This document shows positions 11,150-22,955 of a stretch of 37,647 bases of DNA, piece by piece. The stretch's first letter is position 1. Every line of letters begins with the position of its first letter. The translations under genes and the position numbers were made by a program. The stretch spans positions 4,869,998 through 4,907,644 of the forward strand of contig JBOZIK010000001.1 of NCBI GenBank assembly GCA_051453625.1, given 5' to 3'. Below the pieces are notes generated by a model. It had not been told where the DNA came from and made no database searches. It saw nothing but the letters and a program-made list of their open reading frames with translations. The stretch is from Welwitschia mirabilis (lineage: Eukaryota).

Positions 11150-12982
11150 TGTATATAGATTTGCGTTAGTATTAACATGTAAAAATTAACATTAAAATTA
11201 AATTAAATGATTAATTAACCTTAATAAAAGACATTCATATAATTTATTTCATCATAAAAACATGCCTTGTATTGGTTTTTCAAATTAAATTTACACTTAA
11301 TTAAATTTATACTTAATTATTTCTCCATAACATTTTTAGATTACTTAAGCTCAATTGAAGGACATGGTATAAATTCATGATCATAAGATTTAAAACACTA
11401 GCAACACTAACCAATCCTACTGGTGTTGCTGATCTGTATACTAAAACTTCCNNNNNNNNNNNNNNNNNNNNNNNNNNNNNNNNNNNNNNNNNNNNNNNNN
11501 NNNNNNNNNNNNNNNNNNNNNNNNNNNNNNNNNNNNNNNNNNNNNNNNNNNGTATATAGATTTGTTTAGTATTAACATGTAAAAATTAACATTAAAATTA
11601 AGTTAAATGATTAATTAACCTTAATAGAAGACATTCATATAATTGATTTCATCATAAAAACATGCCTTATATTGGTTTTTCAAATTAAATTTACACTTAA
11701 TTAAATTTACACTTAATTATTTCCCCATAACATTTTTAGGTTACTTAATCTCAATTGAAGGACATGGTATAAATTCATGATCATAAGAGTTAAAACACTA
11801 NNNNNNNNNNATCTGTATACTAAAACTTCCTTTAAATATAAGATACTTTCATGTTATGAAAAGTTAGATAAAATGTAGTTATCATCTTAATCAAATTCCA
11901 CATCAAAAATTAATTACATTTCTATCAAAATGTGGTAGTGATGATGAGGATTCACATAGTGATATTTGGTAGGACTGATTAGGATGATAGTTAACACACA
12001 TAGCATAATCATATTAGCTATAGCACTCCAGACCTAAGTGATGGCATTGTCATAAGCATCTTTACCAAATGTAATAAAAGAAAAATCATTCTATTAAATA
12101 TTAAATGATGAAAATTCTACCTAATACTAGAGGATAAAAACTTATCTACCTAATGCTATAAATAGACTCTATCCTATAAAATGATAAATGATGAATATTC
12201 TAGCTAACTCTACAAGTCAAGATCTTGTAACCAATTCTCATGCCATCCCTTCCTATAAAAGGACCTTAAACCCTTCATTATATTTATCTTTACCTTGAAA
12301 AAATTGTATCATNNNNNNNNNNNNNNNNNNNNNNNNNNNNNNNNNNNNNNNNNNNNNNNNNNNNNNNNNNNNNNNNNNNNNNNNNNNNNNNNNNNNNNNN
12401 NNNNNNNNNNNNNNNNNNNNNNNNNNNNNNNNNNNNNNNNNNNNNNNNNNNNNNNNNNNNNNNNNNNNNNNNNNNNNNNNNNNNNNNNNNNNNNNNNNNN
12501 NNNNNNNNNNNNNNNNNNNNNNNNNNNNNNNNNNNNNNNNNNNNNNNNNNNNNNNNNNNNNNNNNNNNNNNNNNNNNNNNNNNNNNNNNNNNNNNNNNNN
12601 NNNNNNNNNNNNNNNNNNNNNNNNNNNNNNNNNNNNNNNNNNNNNNNNNNNNGATTGATGAGATTATGCCTCATGACTTGAGTGAAATGCACTTGATATT
12701 TTGAAGTATTTTATAGAAAGGAAAATTAAATAACTTTATATTGAAAAAATTTTTAAGCATAGATTGACAGTATCTCATAACTATTCCACTTTTCTTCTTT
12801 TTAAGACATTTTTTCACTCTAAAAATTACTTCATCTCTTATTATCTTTTCTTTCTTTTTGTAACTTGACTTAAAGTCAAAGTAGTATAAATCTGAATGAA
12901 TATCCAATTTTATCCCCAAGGTAGAATGATAGCTAAGTGAAAACTCAGCTTAAATCTAAGATATTGTACTATAATAAATACA
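11150..12982 (+). repeat. Putative 5' LTR of Athila element C
   Basis: TGTAT...ATACA termini, TATA-like cctataaaagg (~12252) preceded by degenerate repeats (12102-12207), and followed by a PBS-like tttaggcataattatttaggat (12983-13004, a heavily decayed TTTGGCGCCGTTGCCGGGGAT). The partner LTR is not in the window. Confidence 0.4.
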
Positions 12983-13076
12983 TTTAGGCATAATTATTTA
13001 GGATAATGATACTATATGAGCTTAGAGAAGTACTATTTTTTCTTTTTGCAAGTTTTATACATGGTTTTCATTTTTT

Positions 13077-13271
13077 TAGTGGTGGGTACTAGTTCTTCTT
13101 CTAGTGATACCTGAACTAGTTCTTTTTCTTTTACTTTATGTGTCTTTTCCCTTTTATTTTTAGTGGTTAGTACTGGTTCTTTCTAGTGTTACATAAACTA
13201 GTCCATTTTTCCTTTATTTTGTGTGCTTTTCAATGGTTGCTACTAGTTATTCTAGTGTTGCCTAAATTAAC
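13077..13271 (+). repeat. Three degenerate ~70-85 bp tandem units in the 5' UTR of element C
   Basis: Core tagtggt..gtact(a/g)gttct..ctagtg.tac.t.aactagt at 13077, 13161 and 13231. Confidence 0.7.
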
Positions 13272-13983
13272 ATAGGTTATTTTAAGATTTGTTTTTGATT
13301 TAATAACTTACTTTTTATAGGTTTACTATTTGTTTGCAGGTTGCGTTAGAGTTATGAAAACCTAAAGACCTTAAATTTTTTTATTATAAAACTTCACACC
13401 ATTTTGCATGATTGTTTTTATTTTTGTAATTTTTTGCATTTGTAAAATATTTAAAACCTTTAAAAAATTTTAGAATTTACCTAACATTAGAGACAATTTT
13501 ATTTACATTTCTTGTTTTAGTTTTATTTTACTATGAGCTCAATACTATAAACATTCCATATGTGATTTATGAAGCTATCTATAAAATTTGGAATTGAAAC
13601 TCTAAACCTGATGGACACTGCTATCTTTCCTCACTGGTGCTGCTGTCCTTCTAGCTCAGAATATTCTATTCTCTTAATTAAGCCCTTTGTGAAAACTAAA
13701 AATCCTTTATTACTTATAGGCTTTATGAAAAATATTTTGTAACTTATTTGAAACTGTGTAAACCTATATCTTNNNNNNNNNNNNNNNNNNNNNNNNNNNN
13801 NNNNNNNNNNNNNNNNNNNNNNNNNNNNNNNNNNNNNNNNNNNNNNNNNNNNNNNNNNNNNNNNNNNNNNNNTTCTATTCTCTTAATTAAGCCCTTTATG
13901 AAAACTCAAAATCTTTTATTACTTATAGGCTTTATAAAAAATATTTTGTAACCTATTTAAAACTGTGTGAACCTATATCTTAC

Positions 13984-16900
13984 ATGATCTACACTCATGA
14001 TAATTATAAGAAGAATAATAAAAGATAATATTAACTCCTTTATGGATCATAAAAGGATGAGAGAATTTAGACCTCAAAATGAAAACCAAGCTCAAGAGTA
14101 TTCTCAACAAGATCAAACATTAATCTCATAAAATAACCAAAGTAATTAAACTATCTCATTACAATAGAATTCAAATGACTCACTTAATTTTCAAAATTCC
14201 TTTGATGGAGCTTTATCAAACTAAGAAATGTTTAATAGATTAACAACCTACTACTTCATTTAAGAAGTGGTTAAATGGTAAGTAGCCCTTACTATTGCTA
14301 CTAATTAACTTGAGAAAATCCTTTGTGATTACCTTTAACCACAAAGGCTAAGTACATCCTCTCACATAGTGCTATTTCTTATTAACTAGAGGATATAATT
14401 TAAACCCTTTACTATCTAACTATTGCTTCATTTTTATGGCCTTAAATTATAAGATATTTATCTACATCTTAAAGAATTCAAGTGCATCTAATCAACCATC
14501 CCTCAGTACCTTAATATTCATGATGTACTTAGACTTTACTTATTTTCCTTTTCCTTAAAAGAAAAGGTAAANNNNNNNNNNNNNNNNNNNNNNNNNNNNN
14601 NNNNNNNNNNNNNNNNNNNNNNNNNNNNNNNNNNNNNNNNNNNNNNNNNNNNNNNNNNNNNNNNNNNNNNNNNNNNNNNNNNNNNNNNNAGTAGCCCTTA
14701 CTATTGCTACTAATTAACTTAAGCAAATCCTTGTACATCCTCTTACATAGTGCTATTTCTTATTAACTAGAGGATATAATTCAAACCCTTTACTATCTAA
14801 CTATTGCTTTATTTTTATGGCCTTGAATTCTAAGATCTTTATCTACATCTTAAATAATTCAAGTGCATCTTATCAACCATCCCTTAATACCTTAATTTTC
14901 ATGATGCACTTAGAATTTACTTATTTTTCTTTTCCTTAAAAGAGAAGGTAAAATTTGCTTATACACCTTGAAATCCTTCTCCATTATAAATTGGGTGGAC
15001 TTGAATAAAGCGTTAATCTCTAAGTTCTTTTCTAGTCACAAGACAAATGCCCTAAAAAAAATAGAAGTCATAAAATTTCAATAGAAGGACCATAAAACAT
15101 TTTTCTAGAGCTTATAAAGATATAAAGATTTATTAGTAAAATGCCCCCAACATGGTTTTGAATCAGNNNNNNNNNNNNNNNNNNNNNNNNNNNNNNNNNN
15201 NNNNNNNNNNNNNNNNNNNNNNNNNNNNNNNNNNNNNNNNNNNNNNNNNNNNNNNNNNNNNNNNNNTATCTAAGTTATTTTCTAGTCACAAGACAAATGC
15301 CCTAAAAAAAAAGAAGTCATGAACTTTCAATAGAAGGATTATAAAACATTTTTCTAGAGCTTATAAATAAATATTTATTATTAAAATGCCCCCAACATGT
15401 TTTGAATCGGATATGGAGACAAATTTATTCTATGATGGATTATCCAAAAATAACCACCAACTAATGGAAATGATGATCCATGGTAAGTTTTTAAGCATTC
15501 CCTTAGATGAAATTTGGGAGTATCTAGAAAGTGTAGCTGAGAGCTTAAAAAATTTGGAGAAACCTATGGAACCTTCAAGATCACATCATTGAATTAGGTT
15601 AATAAGTATATTTAAAATCTCAAAAAACTTCAAGGTAAATAATAAAATAGATAAATTAGCAATAAAGTTAAAATTATTAGCCACCTCACCTTCAACCTCA
15701 CCTATGATTGCTAAACCTAGATGTTTAACCTACCATATTCACATTCATGAAACCACAGAATATCTATCCATTCCTTTATTCTAATACATAGTTAAAAAAT
15801 AATTAAATGTGATAGGCCATCAATGGAAAAATCCCCAAAATAACCCATACTCAAGTACTTACAACCTTGATTGATAAAATCATTCAAATTTCTTTTATAA
15901 ATAAGACAACATTCCATAACAAAATTTCTAGATTAAGAATTCATTTCCCTTCTCTTCTAATTCTCATTTTTTATCATCAAATCATTAGACAACTTCATTG
16001 GAGGATACTCTCAAAAATCTCATGGAAACACAAATGCAAAGAAATCAAATATTTGAACAAACACATTAAATATTTGAACAAATAAATCAAAGACTTGAAC
16101 AAAGCATATACTAACTCCAACAAACCACCACCCACATTATTTCATCAATAAATCAAAGAAAAATAAGAAAACTTTCCATGAGTGCTTAACTAAAGGAGTT
16201 AGATTTGTAAAAAGGGTAGAATGCCTAATAGACAGTAATTATATACAACATAGAAGTGAGAAATAACTAGTAAATCTACCCACATAAAATAATCCTAAAA
16301 ACAAACAAAACCCCACAGAAACTAAGGAAAAGAATAAGAATGAAGATTCATTACTTTTCTATAAAGAACCATTACCTTTTCCCCAATAACTTAGAATGGA
16401 AAACATAATGAAAAAGCAATTTAAGACCTTATAAGTTTTTAAAGAAGCTAAGATAAACATTCCCCTTCTAGCATCCATTAAATAGATCCCCTCTTATGCT
16501 AAATTCTTTAAAGACTTATGCAATATAAAAAGGAGAATAAACATTAAATCTAACACTTTTTTAGCTCAAAAAATAAGTGTGATTATTTAAAATAAATTCC
16601 CACTAAAGTATAAAGGCCCTGGGTGTTCCATAATTACCATTATCATAGGTAATAAACAACTCAAGTAGGCCTTGCTGAATTTAGGAGCCAATATAAACTT
16701 GCTCACCTATAAAACCTATAATGAGTTAGGCTTGAAAGAACTCAAGAACATGAAACTCCAACTCCCATTAGTAGACAACTCTATTAAAACACTATTAGAA
16801 GTCAATGAGAAAGTTATTGTTAGAGTGGATAGTTACTACTTTCTAGTAGACTATGTAGTCTTAGTCATGGAGAAATTATTAAATAAAATAGTACCCATAA

Positions 16901-19900
16901 TATTAGGAAGATTGTTCTTAACAACCTCAAATGTCTTAAGAAATTATAAGAATGGATTAATTAAAATTTTCTTTGGCAACATAACTATAAAGCTAAATGT
17001 CTTTAATTCCATGAAGTTGCCAATAAATGATGAAGTGATAGAGTATGTAGATAAGATAGAAAGCCTTATTAAGGATAATAAATTCACCTATCATACTTTA
17101 AAAAAGGATGAAATAGATAAATCTTAATAAATATACCCCATAGCCCAAAACAAAGTTAACTTCAAACTCAAAGTCTTACCTAGTAATCTAAAATACACTT
17201 TCTTAAGGGACAACTCCACCTTTTTAGTAGTCATAAATTCTTCCTTAATCCCATTTCAAGCAGATCAATTGCTTAGATTTTTAAGAAAAAATAAAAAAAT
17301 AATAATATGTGCCCTCTCTAATATTAGAGGCATTGAACCTAATATTTGCATGTACCATATCTATTTATAGAAATATAACAAATCTTCTATTGAAGCACAA
17401 CAAAGGATAAGTCTAACTATGAGGGAAACAATTAAAAAGAAGGTAATTAACTTTTTAATAATTAGATTATCTTATCATATTTTAGATAGTAAGTGGATAA
17501 GTCTAACTTAGATCATAGTAAAGAAATCAGAAATTACTCTTATCCCGAATAAGCATAATGAACTGATCCCTATTAAACCTATTGTAAAATGATGGATGTG
17601 TATTAATTTAAAAAATTAAATGTTGTGTCTAAAAAGGATCATTACTCTTAACTCACAGGATATCCTTTTTACTATTTATAAAATGAATTCTTAGGTTATA
17701 ATTAAATCAAAACTACTCCCAAAGAAGAAGATAAAACCACTTTTACTTACCATTTTGGAACATTCAATTACAAATGAATGACCTTTGGCTTATGCAATGC
17801 ACTTACTACTTTCTAATGTTGCATGATCAGAATGATCTTTTACTTATTATATTTAGATCTTGAAATCTTTATGGATGACTTCTTAGTTCATGGAACTTTG
17901 CTTAACCACTGTTTGAATAACTTGGAATACATCATTAGAAGATGCATCCAAAAAATCCTTACACTCAACTAGGAAAAATATCACTTTATGGTTAATCAAG
18001 GCATAGTATTAAGACATATCATCTCTAAGAAAGGATAGTATTAAGACAAATCATCTCTAAGAAAGGAATTCAGACAGATGTAGCTAATATCTCATTAGTA
18101 ACATGCCTACCAACCCCTTAAAAATAAAAAGATATTAGATCATTTTTAGAAAACATAGAATACTATAGGAGATTCATCAAGGATTTTAGTAAAATATCTA
18201 AGCCATTATGTTATCTTTTAAGCTAGGACATCTCTTTCATTTGGACTCAATAGTGTTAAACATTTAAATAACTCAAAATAAAATCTAGCTTTGATATCCA
18301 TTATCCAACCACCCAATTGAAAGTTACCTTTTGAGCTTATGTGTGATGCAGGTAACTTTGTAGTAGAAGCTTTATTAGTATAAAGAATTGATAAAAAATT
18401 TATTGTTATTTACTACATTGGTAAAACCTTATATGATACTTAAATCAATTACACTATTACAAAGAAAGAGATTCTGACCATTATCCTTACTCTTGAAAAA
18501 TTTAAGCAATACCTTTAAGGATCTAAGATAGTTATTTACATTAATCAGTTAGCCCTTAGATATATTTTTACAAAGAAGAATTTAAAACCATGTCCAATTA
18601 GANNNNNNNNNNNNNNNNNNNNNNNNNNNNNNNNNNNNNNNNNNNNNNNNNNNNNNNNNNNNNNNNNNNNNNNNNNNNNNNNNNNNNNNNNNNNNNNNNN
18701 NNACTACTTTCTAATGTTGCATGATCAGAATGATCTTTTACTTATTATATTTAGATCTTAAAATCTTTATGGATGACTTCTGATTTCATGGAACTTTGCT
18801 TACCCACTGTTTGAATAACTTGGAATACATCATTAAAAGATGCATTCAAAAAATCTTTACACTCAACTAGGAAAAATGTCACTTTATGGTTAATCAAGGC
18901 ATAGTATTAAGACATATCATCTTTAAGAAAGGAATTCAGACAGATGGAGCTAATATCTCATTAGTAACATGCCTACCAACCCCTTAAAGGACATCTCTTT
19001 CATCTGGACTCAAGAGTGTTAAACATTTAAATAACTCAAAATAAAATCTAGCTTTGATATCCATTATCCAACCACCTAATTGAAAGTTACCTTTTGAGCT
19101 TATGTGTGATGCAGGTGACTTTGTAGTAGAAGATTTATTAGTATAAAGAATTGCTAAAAATTAATTGTGATTTACTACATTGGTAAAACTTCATATGATA
19201 TTTAAATCAATTACATTATTACAAAAAAAGAGATTCTAACCATCATCTTTGCTCTTGAAAAATTTAGGCAATACCTTTGAGTATCTAAGATAGTTATTTA
19301 CATTAATCAATTAACCCTTAGATATATTTTTACCAAGAAGGATTTAAAACCATGACCAATTAGATGGATTCTTATCCTTCAATAATTCAATTTAAAGATT
19401 AAGAATAATAAAGGATTTAATAATGTTATTATAGATTACCTTTACAAATATCTTTAGATAATCTCCAATCATATTTATTCATTTATGACACTTTTCTAGA
19501 TGAACATCTCTTTTTAGTTAAATAAGCACCTTAGTTTGCAGATATTGCCAATTACTTAGTTCCAAAACTATTCCTTTCCATTTAATAATCAACAATAAAA
19601 AGAGGTTTTGAAGCTAAGTCAAATATGTTTTTTTGGATAGCCTTAATCTCTTGAAATACTATCTAATCCAAGTCATTTTCAAATGTGTTTTTCAAACTAA
19701 TATTCATGACATACTTAAACATTGTCATTCTAAGGTTTATGGGGATCACTACTTAGCTAAAAAGATCACAACAAAAATTCTTCAATTTGATTTTATTGGC
19801 CATTAATTTTCAAAGACTCCTATATTTACTATAAATAATGTCATAGCTGTCAATGGTTAGGGAGTCTTTCATAAAGATAAATGATGCCTTTAAAACCCAT

Positions 19901-20600
19901 CATTACTATTAAATCCTTCGACAAATAAAGAATTAAGTTTCAAAGCCCTCATCCATCATTAATTGGAAATTAATACATCCTTATTTGTATCAACTAAATA
20001 ATTAAATGGGTTGAAGCACGTGCTTGTTTAACAAATGATACTAAAATTGTAGTTGAATTTTTAAAAGAAAATGTCTTAACTTACTTCAGTTATCCATGTG
20101 TTTTAATTAGCAATGGAGGGATAAACTTTTATAATAAAGTATTCCATAATCTTCTTGCTAAATACAAGGTTACACATAAAATTACAATATCTTACCACTT
20201 GCAAACAGTGGCCAAGTTAAGGTTACAAGTAGGAACTTAATAAAATCCTTTAAAAAGTACTAAAATCAACATATCAATACTAGTCTTTCTAATGTAACGA
20301 TGTCTTATGGGCAAATTGCACTACTTATGAAACATCCTTAGGGATGCCACCTTTTCAATTAGTATATAGTAAAGCATGTTATTTACTCATAGAACTTAAG
20401 CATAAGGCTTACTAGATGATCAAGAATATAAACTCATACTTAGAGGTTGTAAAGAAAAATAGGATCATACAACTGAATGAACTAGAAGAGATTAGAAATC
20501 ACATCCATAACAATATGGAAATAAATAAGAATAGAATGAATAGATTTCATGATCAACATATTCTTAGAAAAACCTTTTAAGAGGAAGAACTAATAAAAAA
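13984..20600 (+). pseudogene. pol: Degenerate Athila gag-pol of element C
   Basis: gag: KILCDYL*PQRLSTSSHIVL and YNFKPFTI*LLLHFYGL...YLHLKEF (~14315-14480), ORF 15386-15592. Protease: ALLNLGANINLL (16669-, catalytic Asp to Asn) and VPIILGRLFL. RT: IFMDDFLVHG (17865-17894). RNase H: LPFELMCDAG (~18325). Integrase: ILKHCHSKVYGDHY and WVEARACLTND (19710-20040). Numerous stops and frameshifts. Confidence 0.92.
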
Positions 20601-20621
20601 AATTTTTAGCACATGAAGTAT

Positions 20622-22500
20622 TATTTCACTGCCAACTTGTATGTATTTGATATAGTACTTTGAGTAGTTTTGTAAAACATTAGAGAAGTTTATGCTAAAT
20701 TTCTACGATAATGGAGAGCTAAGATGAATGATACAAAAACATGTAATATTCATTACATTTTATAACATTTAAAGTAGTTTATAGTATTTTCTATTTTAAA
20801 CTAAAATTCCTACAAACATTAAGGCTAATGCATCACATAAGCGCTTGTAAAAAGCTTGTCATACATCTCATCTTTTGGATGACTATTTAGGTAATAAAAC
20901 ATTTAAGCTAATAAGGTTGCTAAGTAGAATCAATCTGGTAGATGATATGGAATTCTTGTAATGTGGCATCATCTCCTATATCATCTAGAATATTTGCAGG
21001 ATGACATCTAAAATAACACTCCACAAAACTTCACCTAACTTTGATAATTCTTTATTTTTCGTGTATAGTTATTAGGGTTTTGCCCATGCCTATTAGTCTT
21101 GTTTGTTTGTGAGTCTATTTTTATTAATAAATATCAAATCTACCCTTAACTTCTACTTGTCTTCATTTGTATTGGAAATTCTTGTGACAGGAGTTAAAGG
21201 ACCGGACATCCATCCTTATTATTATAGAGAGACATTTTCCTTAGTGTTGAGCTGTGTATCCTTCATTGAGGTGCTGATATTTTGTAATATAGATGTTGGT
21301 TTGAATATAATTCAAATAAATCTTTTATATTTTCTTATGCTTATTCTGTACATATTCCTTATAGTTTATATTACTTCTAATTCTCTGATAACTTTTTTAG
21401 TGATATAGATTATGAGGAAAACCTTTGTTAAAGTTGAGAATTATTAATTTTGATGCATTATCTTTTCTTTTCTACATTAAATTTGTATAGTTTTCTATTT
21501 TATTTGATGTACCTAATAACTTAGGTTGGTCTTGATCTAGTAACAACATTTCCTAATTGATCTAGATTATACAAGACTAATCTCTATGACAGGTTGATCT
21601 GGTAATCAGACGGAAGTTATACTTAGCTTAGATTTGCACTTATTTGCANNNNNNNNNNNNNNNNNNNNNNNNNNNNNNNNNNNNNNNNNNNNNNNNNNNN
21701 NNNNNNNNNNNNNNNNNNNNNNNNNNNNNNNNNNNNNNNNNNNNNNNNNNNNNNNNNNNNNNNNNNNNNNNNNNNNNNNNNNNNNNNNNNNNNNNNNNNN
21801 NNNNNNNNNNNNNNNNNNNNNNNNNNNNNNNNNNNNNNNNNNNNNNNNNNNNNNNNNNNNNNNNNNNNNNNNNNNNNNNNNNNNNNNNNNNNNNNNNNNN
21901 NNNNNNNNNNNNNNNNNNNNNNNNNNNNNNNNNNNNNNNNNNNNNNNNNNNNNNNNNNNNNNNNNNNNNNNNNNNNNNNNNNNNNNNNNNNNNNNNNNNN
22001 NNNNNNNNNNNNNNNNNNNNNNNNNNNNNNNNNNNNNNNNNNNNNNNNNNNNNNNNNNNNNNNNNNNNNNNNNNNNNNNNNNNNNNNNNNNNNNNNNNNN
22101 NNNNNNNNNNNNNNNNNNNNNNNNNNNNNNNNNNNNNNNNNNNNNNNNNNNNNNNNNNNNNNNNNNNNNNNNNNNNNNNNNNNNNNNNNNNNNNNNNNNN
22201 NNNNNNNNNNNNNNNNNNNNNNNNNNNNNNNNNNNNNNNNNNNNNNNNNNNNNNNNTGCATTCATTTATATAAATGTATTTGCATTATCATTTTCTACAT
22301 TGTTATTTATTTTTACTATTAAGATACATAAGTGTTTCTTTCTTCAAATTAATTCTCACTCTTCTCGCCTATGCCTTCAGTGAGAATATGACATTTGGAT
22401 CACTCCCATCTATATTAATGTGTTATGTTGTATAAAATTCTATATTTTTTTATGAATGATAGGATCTAACATAACATTTGTATAAATATGCATTACAACA
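20622..22500 (+). repeat. 5' LTR of element B
   Basis: Starts tatttcactgccaacttgt (decayed tgttgtgctacaaacttgt, cf. 34593), ends cattacAACA before the PBS, and aligns with 34593-34855 and 35405-37005. Confidence 0.85.
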
Positions 22501-22502
22501 TC

Positions 22503-22520
22503 TTGACACCATTATCAAGG
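22503..22520 (+). promoter_or_regulatory. Athila-type primer binding site of element B
   Basis: ttgacaccattatcaagg differs from the Athila PBS TTGGCGCCGTTGCCGGGG only by transitions and sits 2 bp after the LTR-terminal CA. Confidence 0.75.
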
Positions 22521-22955
22521 TGAGCTGCTTGAAGTTTGAGGATTGTCATTACTTAGATGAGTGTTTGGATTTTAGTTTGGATATTTACTTGTAGTAGCAC
22601 TATACTTTTAATAGTGGTAGCATGAGTTTTTCTTTATATAGTTTTTGCTTTGTGTTCCAAATAAATGCTTCATCATCCACTTCATCATCTAGATGATGCA
22701 TGGCAATAATGGCCTCTGTGATTGAGTTTTTTACTTTCTTTAAAAAAATTAGGGTTTTCATATCATCATGTTTATCATCTAGATAACTTAAATAGAAGAT
22801 AGTTTGTTTTTAATGTTTTTAGATTCTGTTATTTTAGCTTCTATTTTTTTGTGTTTTTCATTTTTTAGTTTTTAGTATGTTCTATCATCTAGGCATATCG
22901 TTCAGATGACCATAGGGACAATGTGCATTAAACATAAAATTAATTATATTAGGAC

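Larger units (their letters stand above)
11150..20621 (+). mobile_element. Element C: Athila-lineage Ty3/gypsy retrotransposon, broken at the integrase 3' end where element B begins
   Basis: Domain order gag-PR-RT-RH-INT, with the Athila RT loop KKSEITLIPNKHNELIPIKPIVK*W. 5' boundary uncertain. Confidence 0.85.

Noticed and set aside
7824..13271. Repeat-spacer-like arrays (7824-8218, 9958-10024, 13077-13271) as CRISPR-like systems
   Set aside because: Irregular degenerate units, repeated 'spacers', no cas genes, and a plant retrotransposon context.
13636..13649. tggtgctgctgtcc as the PBS of element C
   Set aside because: It resembles TGGCGCCGTTGCC but lacks the G-run tail and a matching LTR terminal repeat. 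12983-13004 was preferred, though both are uncertain.
16672..20500. PR-RT-RH as an endogenous caulimovirid, or as a domesticated intact gene
   Set aside because: Integrase, gag and Athila motifs are present, and the frame is riddled with stops, including a mutated catalytic protease Asp.
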